DNA from: a virus | Taxonomy: Duplodnaviria; Caudoviricetes | Strand: one strand, 5' to 3' | Virus record (IMG/VR): IMGVR_UViG_3300017766_004037 | Location: 1-31,950 of that record | Length of the DNA: 31,950 nt | Shown: piece after piece, positions 19,776 through 27,182 of the stretch | Layout of the letters: each line of letters starts with the position of its first letter | Numbering within the stretch: position 1 is the first letter of the stretch | Translations under genes and position numbers: made by a program | The notes under the pieces: generated by a model | Database searches by the model: none | What the model was told of the DNA's origin: nothing | What the model saw: the letters and a program-made list of their open reading frames with translations, nothing else

Positions 19776-20131
19776 GTTAGGCGAAGGAGATACTTGGTTT
19801 GCTGTAATACAGCAAGCATCTCATCCGTAATATTTAGAAGCTCTGAGTCGTTATCTTTGAGTGAATTTCTCATATTTTCCAAATATTGGACATATTCATC
19901 GATCATTTCTTTACATGCACCGGGCTTGTAATTTTCTAATGTTAATTTAAAAGATTCTTTTGCATTAATATTTCCATATTTGCCAAAATAAACTTCAACA
20001 AATTGATCAACAATTGGATCAAGTCCTTCGTATGCCTTACCTAATGCTTTGTGTTCAGCATAGGATTTGGTCTGCCAATGATGAATTCGAAGTGTATTTT
20101 GTAAAGTCAATAAAGGAGTTATGATCTGCAT
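19772..20131 (-). CDS. Ferritin/Dps-like four-helix-bundle protein
   Basis: HHWQTKSYAEHKALG..YE.L...DQFVE and LLNITDEM...TKYLL motifs; TATAAATA 5 nt upstream. Confidence 0.8.
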   Translation of the reverse strand: MQIITPLLTLQNTLRIHHWQTKSYAEHKALGKAYEGLDPIVDQFVEVYFGKYGNINAKESFKLTLENYKPGACKEMIDEYVQYLENMRNSLKDNDSELLNITDEMLAVLQQTKYLLRLT

Positions 20132-20145
20132 AACACTATTTATAA

Positions 20146-20216
20146 TTCCCCAACCAAGATTCGAACTTGGACTAGAAGGACCAAAACCTCCTGTGCTACC
20201 GTTACACCATCGGGGA
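20146..20216 (-). tRNA. tRNA-Gln(UUG), CCA not encoded
   Basis: Cloverleaf: TCCCCGA/TTGGGGA acceptor, GTGT-AACGGTA-GCAC D arm, GGAGG-TT(TTG)GT-CCTTC anticodon arm, CCAAG-TTCGAAT-CTTGG T arm. Confidence 0.95.
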
Positions 20217-20231
20217 GTGAAAGCCTCGGGT

Positions 20232-20807
20232 TTATACTCTGAGGCCCAGAGTTTTGTTTGTAATTTGCGAACAATAATTATTCATAATAATACTGCTTGC
20301 ACATCCCACATTAATGCTTCTGACTGAGCCGTATTGAGGAATGTAAACAATATCATCACACATGTTTAAGACGTTATCTGGAATTCCAATTTGTTCTTGC
20401 CCAAACACCATGAGATAATGTGTATCAGGATCAAAAGAATATTGATTTACATCTGTTGATTCTGGAACATTGTCTATTGCAACAATTCTGACTCGTCGTC
20501 CTTGGTGTACATACTCATTAGTGACATTAACAAAAAAATTGGATAAAGAATTAATATCACGTACATGATGGAAATTAGTGTAATGATGCGTCCCCACAGT
20601 GCCGCGACGATCATATTTTTTGTGACCATATATTACTACTTCTTTCGCCAAAAACGCATTAGCATTTCGAATAACGGTTGCAATATTAAAATCATTGCCA
20701 ATATTACAACAAACAACTGAATAATTAAAACGCTTTGTATCAAGATCTGCTCTAATCGCATCGTCTTTCCAATATGCGTAATGATCGATAATATTCCTAG
20801 TTTCCAT
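20232..20807 (-). CDS. SPOUT RNA 2'-O-methyltransferase (TrmH/SpoU family)
   Basis: NIATVIRNANAF, LMVFGQEQIGI and IPQYGSVRSINVGCA match SpoU motifs 1-3. Confidence 0.92.
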   Translation of the reverse strand: METRNIIDHYAYWKDDAIRADLDTKRFNYSVVCCNIGNDFNIATVIRNANAFLAKEVVIYGHKKYDRRGTVGTHHYTNFHHVRDINSLSNFFVNVTNEYVHQGRRVRIVAIDNVPESTDVNQYSFDPDTHYLMVFGQEQIGIPDNVLNMCDDIVYIPQYGSVRSINVGCASSIIMNNYCSQITNKTLGLRV

Positions 20808-20808
20808 C

Positions 20809-21189
20809 TTAATCTTCCAAACAAATTATTCCATCGTCGGTGGTGTAATAGATATCGTGAAAAATATCCTTACACCACCGAGAACATACGGGACAAGGCT
20901 TGGCGTTACGATAATTACCAAAACGATTAAATCTAAAGTTCAGCAGTACAAGCTTTTTGTCTCTCATGCTGCGAGGAACTTTACGGAACGCATCCAACTC
21001 AGAGTGCATTTCAGGGTACTTGTATCCCAGTTTAACACTTTGTGGATGTGTCTTATACTCGTTTTGCCCAATAGACACTATTTCTTTTTTATGAATAATC
21101 AAAGAAATATGCTTTTTTTGACGAAGCATTGCCATGGACATTGGCTTTGCGACAGGAACATAGGTTTTAATTATCGTTTCTATATTCAA
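20809..21189 (-). CDS. Zn-dependent cytidine/nucleotide deaminase-fold protein
   Basis: IVSIGQN...HSE...AKPCPVC (HxE plus PCxxC). Confidence 0.85.
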   Translation of the reverse strand: MNIETIIKTYVPVAKPMSMAMLRQKKHISLIIHKKEIVSIGQNEYKTHPQSVKLGYKYPEMHSELDAFRKVPRSMRDKKLVLLNFRFNRFGNYRNAKPCPVCSRWCKDIFHDIYYTTDDGIICLED

Positions 21190-21190
21190 A

Positions 21191-21502
21191 TCAATCCATC
21201 GTCAACTTCAACGACGGCGACGACTTCACCGACTTCGAAGGAGCAACGATGCCCTTATTCAAGGTTGCGTCATACTGTTCCTTGAGCTCATCGACGGGCT
21301 CAATGGAGAAAGCAATAAAAGACTTCTTGATCTCAAGACCGCTTGAAGCCTTGGTGTAGATAAGCCAAGGCATGATGCCGATTTGGCCGCGCTCCATCGG
21401 AATGAGAACCGCTGGATCCTTGAGAGTAAAAGTGTCATCGTTTTCAGTAAAACGAGCCATAATTTCTTCGCCTGAGTTTAGTCTAAATAGTTTTACGTTC
21501 AT
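21191..21502 (-). CDS. Small Sm-like protein of the type conserved in T4-like phages
   Basis: MNVKLFRLNSGEEIMA...DPAVL...IGIMPWL...L.EQY...GIVAP; AAAGGA RBS. Confidence 0.8.
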   Translation of the reverse strand: MNVKLFRLNSGEEIMARFTENDDTFTLKDPAVLIPMERGQIGIMPWLIYTKASSGLEIKKSFIAFSIEPVDELKEQYDATLNKGIVAPSKSVKSSPSLKLTMD

Positions 21503-21520
21503 TGTTGAGTCCTTTTACAT

Positions 21521-21549
21521 ATTATATCAACAACAATACACTAAGTCAA
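21521..21549 (-). promoter_or_regulatory. Sigma70-type promoter of the Sm-like/deaminase/TrmH/tRNA operon
   Basis: TTGACT-17 nt-TATAAT with extended TG. Confidence 0.8.
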
Positions 21550-21557
21550 AGGGAAAC

Positions 21558-22418
21558 ATGAAAAGTTTTAAAACATTTTTATCTGAAGATTTACGAGTAA
21601 AATCACAAGAATTAGATCCTACGGATCCTTTGACCCCAGTTTATTATGGACTAGTGTCTGCTGAACACAGAGGTCAGGTAAAAGACCCTACTGCATACGA
21701 TCCTAAATTGGCAATTCGAACAAAAGCAAGACATAAAGATCCTAAAGCAATGTCTACTGCGTATGGTCCGGTTCAAATTACTGGTAGTACAATGAGAGAT
21801 GCTCTACAAAGACACTCTAAATTTTTTAGTCCAGCGGGGGCTAAGTATGCCCAAGAATTTGTAAATCAGGCAGATAAATTTGCCAAAGCCAAAAAGGGTG
21901 ACAAAGCGTATGATTACGGCGGGGCTGGTGATCTTTCACACAGATCGTATCATGTTCCTTATCAAGAAGCTGGGCTTGCTGTAATAAAAGGTAAAATGAA
22001 AGATGCTGGAATTGATATAACAAAACCACTATCTGATAAAGACTTATCTACAACCATACAAAGATGGCGTGGTGTTCCAGAAACAAAAGACTCTGAATAC
22101 TATAAAGTCGCCAGAGCGGGATATGCCAAGTATAAAGAAATTGGAAATCAAGTATCCTTTAATCAATCTGCTAGCGCAAATCAACAAGCTTCCGGTGCTG
22201 GAATGAATATGGAAGATGATTACTTAAAGGTGCATGGATATGCACAGAGCCCAGTAAATTGGGCTGAAAAGTATCCTGAAAACTATAGCGTCAAAACGGA
22301 ACCAATTGGTTCAACCCCAGCGTTGGGCTCTTCTCAACAAACCACACCGGTACGCCGCCAGTCTTCCACTTTGCAAACCGCACCTTCTCGCCCAAATAAT
22401 ACTGGCGGTAAGCGATAA
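21558..22418 (+). CDS. Probable capsid-internal protein with lysozyme/transglycosylase-like motifs; start corrected to ATG 21558
   Basis: MKSFKTFLSE resembles the T4 capsid-targeting sequence; LVSAEH and STAYGPVQIT motifs. Confidence 0.6.
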   Translation: MKSFKTFLSEDLRVKSQELDPTDPLTPVYYGLVSAEHRGQVKDPTAYDPKLAIRTKARHKDPKAMSTAYGPVQITGSTMRDALQRHSKFFSPAGAKYAQEFVNQADKFAKAKKGDKAYDYGGAGDLSHRSYHVPYQEAGLAVIKGKMKDAGIDITKPLSDKDLSTTIQRWRGVPETKDSEYYKVARAGYAKYKEIGNQVSFNQSASANQQASGAGMNMEDDYLKVHGYAQSPVNWAEKYPENYSVKTEPIGSTPALGSSQQTTPVRRQSSTLQTAPSRPNNTGGKR

Positions 22419-22854
22419 TAGCATCAGTGTTCTTGTATGTGTCAGGCATAGCCTGAACAAAAACCGTAAGCTTGCCCTTTGCAATATTGTTTGGAGGGCT
22501 GTACAGTTCTCTGAACAACATAGCTTCCATTGAATGCGTTTTGCCATAACGCTGCTTGTATTCATTGCAGAGAGCATATGCATGCTTCCAAAGCCAAAGG
22601 TAGTTGGATCTGTTTGCTCTAGTCCAGATAGAGCAGGGGTGGTTGATCATGGTTGCCTTGCAAATATTTTGCAAGTTGCAGACAGAAGTCTTGTATTTTC
22701 TTTTGCCAGTATCAACCTGAACTTCTTTGCCGTCAACGACATGGTGTGCCGTAGACAAAAGCTGACATGACTCTACAATCATTTTTACAACATGCTTGTC
22801 ACACATCATGCGAGCAGACTCAACGGGATCGGCATCCAAAACAAAAATGTTCAT
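22291..22854 (-). CDS. Pyrimidine-dimer DNA glycosylase/endonuclease V-like protein
   Basis: MNIFVLD...CDKHVVKMIVESCQLLST, NHPCSIW, EY..RYGK.H, QAMPD.YK and AYRQYY family motifs. Confidence 0.85.
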   Translation of the reverse strand: MNIFVLDADPVESARMMCDKHVVKMIVESCQLLSTAHHVVDGKEVQVDTGKRKYKTSVCNLQNICKATMINHPCSIWTRANRSNYLWLWKHAYALCNEYKQRYGKTHSMEAMLFRELYSPPNNIAKGKLTVFVQAMPDTYKNTDAIIAYRQYYLGEKVRFAKWKTGGVPVWFVEKSPTLGLNQLVPF

Positions 22855-22860
22855 GGGTAT

Positions 22861-22888
22861 ATTATACCATGAAACTAGATGTGATCAA
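22861..22888 (-). promoter_or_regulatory. Sigma70-type promoter of the DenV-like gene (leaderless)
   Basis: TTGATC-16 nt-TATAAT with extended TG, then 6 nt to ATG. Confidence 0.75.
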
Positions 22889-23073
22889 GAGCCCTTTTGG
22901 TAGTCTTCTATTCTTTTTAGAATATGGGAAAGACTTAACATTTTATCTGCCAAGTCTTTAGAAGTAATTTTATCCAAAAGATATCCTTCGTAATTTTTTA
23001 CTGCCAACCGAGCCTCTCTTAAAAGAATAGCGTAAAGGTGTCGCTCAGTTTTTAGATCTTTTGGATCTTCCAT
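22885..23073 (-). CDS. Hypothetical protein
   Basis: 62-aa ORF with ATAAATA 5 nt upstream. Confidence 0.65.
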   Translation of the reverse strand: MEDPKDLKTERHLYAILLREARLAVKNYEGYLLDKITSKDLADKMLSLSHILKRIEDYQKGS

Positions 23074-23081
23074 GCAATTAT

Positions 23082-23750
23082 TTATTCAAAATCAGTAGTG
23101 TCATCACGTGTCATTTCAAGTAAGTTGTCTGGATAAAAAGAACTCCACTTTTGCTTTCTTACATTCCAAAGAAGAACTCTTCCATCTGGCAATAAATTAA
23201 ATGCTGCGTTTCTGACGTGTTCTTCTCCGCTGACTAAATCTTCTTTCAGTGTTCCCGTTATTGTGGTAATTTGTCCATTGACTTTTATTACCATAAAGGA
23301 AACAACTCCGTCCAATAGCTCTTCAATAATTTGATTTGGATTTACGTGGTCTGAAATATACAGCTTGCCTTCTTTGGCAATTTTTACATCAACGTATTTG
23401 TCTGTTAAAGGATTGAATCCTGGTGAATAATACTTTGCATCCAGATTAAAGTATGCTTCAAAGTTTCCATACCGTTTTGAAAAATATGATGAATACATCA
23501 TATCTTCTTCCAGTGCACCTTTTAAATTTTCTTCTCGTTGTTCTCTCAGCCCGTATGTAAGGATCTCTTTGCCTTCATACGTTCCATAACCAAAAGTTGT
23601 ATCGTCAAACCCAAAATCTCTTTGCACTTGCATTGCGGTGCGCTGAGCGTCAATGCTTGCAAGTGCGTCTCTTACACTTTTTCTTACGGGTCTTGCAGCT
23701 GTAGGATAATCTTCGTCGGAGGCATGTTCAACTATTTCATACTCTGCCAT
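23082..23750 (-). CDS. Protein with a C-terminal WYL_2-like SH3 beta-barrel
   Basis: GVVSFMVIKVNGQITTITGTL...LWNVRKQKWSSFYPDN resembles the F.K.dG..R...TL...WD.....WRSF pattern. Confidence 0.65.
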   Translation of the reverse strand: MAEYEIVEHASDEDYPTAARPVRKSVRDALASIDAQRTAMQVQRDFGFDDTTFGYGTYEGKEILTYGLREQREENLKGALEEDMMYSSYFSKRYGNFEAYFNLDAKYYSPGFNPLTDKYVDVKIAKEGKLYISDHVNPNQIIEELLDGVVSFMVIKVNGQITTITGTLKEDLVSGEEHVRNAAFNLLPDGRVLLWNVRKQKWSSFYPDNLLEMTRDDTTDFE

Positions 23751-23995
23751 TAACTTACCTCCATCCTTGCAATTCCATATTTAATTTCTATTTGTTCAAT
23801 TTTTAATGCTGCGTCTTGTAGTTGTTTTTGAAAATTAAAATAATAATCACTAGGTATGATGACATACACTGAGTGAAAAGGCTGCATTTTTAATTTTTTG
23901 ATTTTTGAAAACAAAGAAGAAAAATCCTCCGAGAAGGAGGATGGAGTGACAGTAAATACTGTATTTCTTAAAGAATCTTTTTCTTCGATCTTCAC
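23750..23995 (-). CDS. Hypothetical protein
   Basis: 81 aa, GTG start, ATAAATA 5 nt upstream; GGAGG near its end serves as RBS for the next gene. Confidence 0.65.
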   Translation of the reverse strand: MKIEEKDSLRNTVFTVTPSSFSEDFSSLFSKIKKLKMQPFHSVYVIIPSDYYFNFQKQLQDAALKIEQIEIKYGIARMEVS

Positions 23996-24012
23996 ATAGT
24001 TATTTATTTTAC

Positions 24013-25080
24013 TTATTCTCTTTCGTCCGGAGGATTCTCATTCCTCTTTCTCATTAAATTTTCTCTTCTAATTTGAGCAACCATCATAGCATGTTCAGGC
24101 ATAAGTCCTGCACCACCAGAAGAAGTCTTTTTAGTGTCACTAGCTGGTTTTACCTTTGATTTTTTTGGTTCAGCTTTTGGTTGTGGCTTTGGTTCCGGCT
24201 TTTTCTTTGGTTCTGGTTTCTTTTTTGGTTCTTCTTTTTTTACAGGGGCCGGAGTGGGAGCTGGTTTATCTGCAGCTTTAGTTTTAGCCTTAACACTTGG
24301 TTTTGATTTTGGCTTGTTTGCTGCCGCTGGCTTTGAAGTAGTTGAAGTTGGTTCTGGTTCAAGTTCAATCGAAGGAGTTCCTTTTTTAGGTTGAGGTAAA
24401 ACTAAACCTCTGCCTGCGACTGGTTGTAATTGTAATTCTGTCGGGCTTTTAATTTTTCCAGCAAGGACACCTTTCAGAGTCTCGTCTGCATTTTTTGCAG
24501 AAGACTCTCTTTCTGTTGGAGCGGGAATAGATGGGGCTGCATTTCTATTTGCAACTTCTTTAGCAAATTCCATTGCCATATTTTCATCTGAATTTGCTGG
24601 ATCCGAGATTGCTGCTGCACGTGCACTGTTTAAAGCTGCCTTAGCTTCTAGATCCTTAATTCTTGCAACATTTAATTGAGCTGCTCTTTGACCTTCTGCT
24701 CTAGTATCAATTGCTTCTACGCTGGCCAACTTTCTTGCAGTTTCTGCTTTGGCACCAGTTGCTGCAACATTGGCAGCAGAACTTGCTTCTCTTGCAGCAG
24801 CCATTCTTTCTGATGCGGCGGCTCTAGCTTTCGCTGCAGCAGCGGTTTCTCTGGCTGCAGTAGTTCTTCCTCGCTCTGCGTACCCTCTTATCGCTGCAGC
24901 TTGTCTTTCAGTTCTTTCTCCTGCGGCTCGTTCTGCATTAACTACATCAGCCAACTCATCTGCCATTGAAAATATTTGATTAAAAAATGCTTTTTGACTT
25001 TTTGCTTCATTTAAATTTTTAACAAAACTTGGGAACTGGTTGACTATGCTTTTGTTAATGTACCTATCGATATTAAACAT
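24013..25080 (-). CDS. Low-complexity Ala-rich then Pro/Lys-rich protein, probable capsid-internal protein
   Basis: 355 aa coupled to the upstream gene; LNE-A site near the N-terminus; EPKKK repeats. Confidence 0.7.
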   Translation of the reverse strand: MFNIDRYINKSIVNQFPSFVKNLNEAKSQKAFFNQIFSMADELADVVNAERAAGERTERQAAAIRGYAERGRTTAARETAAAAKARAAASERMAAAREASSAANVAATGAKAETARKLASVEAIDTRAEGQRAAQLNVARIKDLEAKAALNSARAAAISDPANSDENMAMEFAKEVANRNAAPSIPAPTERESSAKNADETLKGVLAGKIKSPTELQLQPVAGRGLVLPQPKKGTPSIELEPEPTSTTSKPAAANKPKSKPSVKAKTKAADKPAPTPAPVKKEEPKKKPEPKKKPEPKPQPKAEPKKSKVKPASDTKKTSSGGAGLMPEHAMMVAQIRRENLMRKRNENPPDERE

Positions 25081-25715
25081 TATGGAGTACCTTTTTTTCC
25101 CTTTTTCTTTCTACGTATCTTTGCACCTCGTTTTGCGAGTTCCAAAGCCGTTCTCGCAAGTATTTGTTCTCTACTCATACCTGTTTGATGTCTCTGTGTG
25201 CCTAGACGCTCGCCTCTTCTAAAGTTTCTTTCTTCTGCGTTTTGGCCAGATGTGAAGTCACGATCTCTCTGGCTTTCTCCTGCTCTAAACCCTCTATCAC
25301 TTGCTGCCATATTTTCTCTAAATCTTCTTTCTTCGGCGCTTTCGCCTTGTGTAAAGTCTTGACCTGCTTGTCTTTCACTAGTAGTATGTTCTCTTCCAAG
25401 TCTGTTTTGTTCAATATTCTCGGCAGCACGTCTTTCTTCTGCGGCTCTATCCTCTGCTTGTTTATTTAAAACATCTTGACGTTGTTGCTTTTCTTTCTTT
25501 GCCTGACGGTACATGCCAACTCCAGTTGCAATGGCAGGAGCAGCAATTGCAGCACCAGCAGCTAAGCCGCCAAGAATTTCAAAAAACTCAACAAGTTCTT
25601 TTTGTGAAAAATTGCTACGATCTGCAACAGCATAAGCTTCAGTCAAATTTTTATCATTTAGTTGAACTTCAGCAAGAGCGTCTTCAAAGAGTTTTCTGGT
25701 ATGAGGATTTGGCAT
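25080..25715 (-). CDS. Probable capsid-internal/ejection protein with a hydrophobic segment and 11-aa repeats
   Basis: TATAAATA 5 nt upstream; LAE, LTE and LVE sites; ILGGLAAGAAIAAPAIATGVG; F/H every 11 residues. Confidence 0.75.
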   Translation of the reverse strand: MPNPHTRKLFEDALAEVQLNDKNLTEAYAVADRSNFSQKELVEFFEILGGLAAGAAIAAPAIATGVGMYRQAKKEKQQRQDVLNKQAEDRAAEERRAAENIEQNRLGREHTTSERQAGQDFTQGESAEERRFRENMAASDRGFRAGESQRDRDFTSGQNAEERNFRRGERLGTQRHQTGMSREQILARTALELAKRGAKIRRKKKGKKGTP

Positions 25716-25736
25716 AAAAATATTTATATTTTTTAC

Positions 25737-25765
25737 TTGACAAGGTTTTGGAAAGGTATTACAAT
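25737..25765 (+). promoter_or_regulatory. Sigma70-type promoter with no adjacent sense ORF
   Basis: TTGACA-17 nt-TACAAT followed by very AT-rich sequence. Confidence 0.6.
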
Positions 25766-25834
25766 TTACTCAAAGGATCCTTTAAAACTTATTTTAAATA
25801 ATACCTAAAGAAGTATTTTAAAGTATTTTTAAAG

Positions 25835-26032
25835 TTATATATTGTAATTTTTTAATATCTTCATTATACCAGCAATTTCTTTCTGGGCATAATAATTACC
25901 TTTTGATCTGGCTTGTTTCTTTAAAATTTTAGAATATTTTTTATTCAATCTTAAAGATGCATCTCCTAGGTTGAGTGCACTTTCACTGCCAACCAATAGA
26001 TATTCTATTAAATATTTGAGAGAGTTTCTCAT
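25835..26032 (-). CDS. Possible small basic protein (MRNSLKYLIE...)
   Basis: 65-aa 3' part of the tracked ORF, filling the intergenic gap; no clear RBS. Confidence 0.4.
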   Translation of the reverse strand: MRNSLKYLIEYLLVGSESALNLGDASLRLNKKYSKILKKQARSKGNYYAQKEIAGIMKILKNYNI

Positions 26033-26055
26033 ATAAAATATATATCCTTTCACAC

Positions 26056-26084
26056 TAGACGCAAAGTACATACGGCTGTATAAT
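26056..26084 (+). promoter_or_regulatory. Sigma70-type promoter of the methyltransferase (leaderless)
   Basis: TAGACG-17 nt-TATAAT, then 6 nt to ATG 26091; no SD. Confidence 0.7.
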
Positions 26085-26090
26085 ATAGCA

Positions 26091-27182
26091 ATGAAAGTTG
26101 GAAGTCTATTTTCTGGCATTGGTGGATTTGATCTAGGATTTATTAATGCTGGATATGAAGTCTCATGGTGTGTAGAAAAAGACACTTTTTGTCAAAAAGT
26201 TTTGACAAAGCACTTTCCAAATACTAAAATTTGTGATGACATTACTCAAGTAGACCCAACCACACTGGATAAGATTGATGTCCTTGTGGGTGGGTTTCCT
26301 TGTCAAGATATATCGATAGCAGGTAAAAGAGAAGGTCTACAAGGAGCAAGGAGCTCACTATTCTATGAGTTTGACAGATATATTCGGGCAACCAATCCCC
26401 GGTTCGTCGTGGTCGAAAATGTCCCCGGACTGCTCTCAAGCAATTCAGGACACGACTTTGCTTTCGTCCTCAATGAAATGGTCGAAAGGTGGGGTGCTAA
26501 ATCTATCGCGTGGAGAATACTGGACAGTCAATTCTTTGGAGTTCCCCAAAGACGCAGACGAATCTTCTTTGTCGCAGATCTTGGAGGAGACTGTGCCTCA
26601 GAAATATTGTCTCTCTCCGACTGCAGCGCAGGGAATACTTCGCCGAGCCGCAAAGCGGGGAAAACAGTTACCTGCACCCCTGCAGGAATCGCTGGAACAT
26701 GTAGCAGCAAATGGGCAAAAGGCACCGGGGGACCAGCCGGAGACGAACATTACAACCTGATCGTATATCGGTGGCAGAATAGCAAGGAAGGGCTGGTAAA
26801 CGACGGTACCGTGGCTACGCTGAGAACCAGCATGGGAACTTCAGGGTTCTCGGAAGTAAACCATCCTATAGTCCATGCTTATTCAATAAGGGAGGATGCC
26901 AGTGCAAACACATTTAGTGCCACTCCAGTCACGGTATCCAATGCTTTGACTTCACTACAACCCAGCGTTCAAAGCCACCATGCACAAACTTTCATTGCAG
27001 CGCCTAGCGTAGTGAGAAGATTGACCCCACTTGAATGTGAAAGATTGCAGGGATTCCCGGACAATTGGACGGAAGGGCAATCAGATAGCCAGAGATATAA
27101 ACAACTCGGCAACGCTGTAACAGTCAACGTTGCCGAGTGGATTGCTAAAAGAATAAGATCAGTCAACAGGACCGTATCTTAA
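26091..27182 (+). CDS. DNA (cytosine-5) methyltransferase, orphan
   Basis: Motifs I FSGIGG, IV GFPCQD, VI ENVPG, VIII QRRRRIF, IX RRLTPLECERLQGFP and X YKQLGNAV. Confidence 0.97.
   Translation: MKVGSLFSGIGGFDLGFINAGYEVSWCVEKDTFCQKVLTKHFPNTKICDDITQVDPTTLDKIDVLVGGFPCQDISIAGKREGLQGARSSLFYEFDRYIRATNPRFVVVENVPGLLSSNSGHDFAFVLNEMVERWGAKSIAWRILDSQFFGVPQRRRRIFFVADLGGDCASEILSLSDCSAGNTSPSRKAGKTVTCTPAGIAGTCSSKWAKGTGGPAGDEHYNLIVYRWQNSKEGLVNDGTVATLRTSMGTSGFSEVNHPIVHAYSIREDASANTFSATPVTVSNALTSLQPSVQSHHAQTFIAAPSVVRRLTPLECERLQGFPDNWTEGQSDSQRYKQLGNAVTVNVAEWIAKRIRSVNRTVS
26365..26760 (+). CDS. Overprinted +1-frame ORF resembling the M.EcoHK31I beta polypeptide
   Basis: 131 aa nested in the MTase gene; AAGGAG at 26348-26353; SSLSQILE...PQKYCLSPTAAQGILRRAAKRGKQLP..L..SL. 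Confidence 0.75.
   Translation: MSLTDIFGQPIPGSSWSKMSPDCSQAIQDTTLLSSSMKWSKGGVLNLSRGEYWTVNSLEFPKDADESSLSQILEETVPQKYCLSPTAAQGILRRAAKRGKQLPAPLQESLEHVAANGQKAPGDQPETNITT

Noticed and set aside
20121-20327. 68-aa plus-strand ORF
   Set aside because: It is the antisense reading of the tRNA (PQPRFELGLEGPKPPVLPLHHRG is a typical tRNA shadow).
24134-24979. Plus-strand Gly/Phe- and Ala-rich ORFs
   Set aside because: Antisense shadows of the low-complexity 24013..25080 gene.
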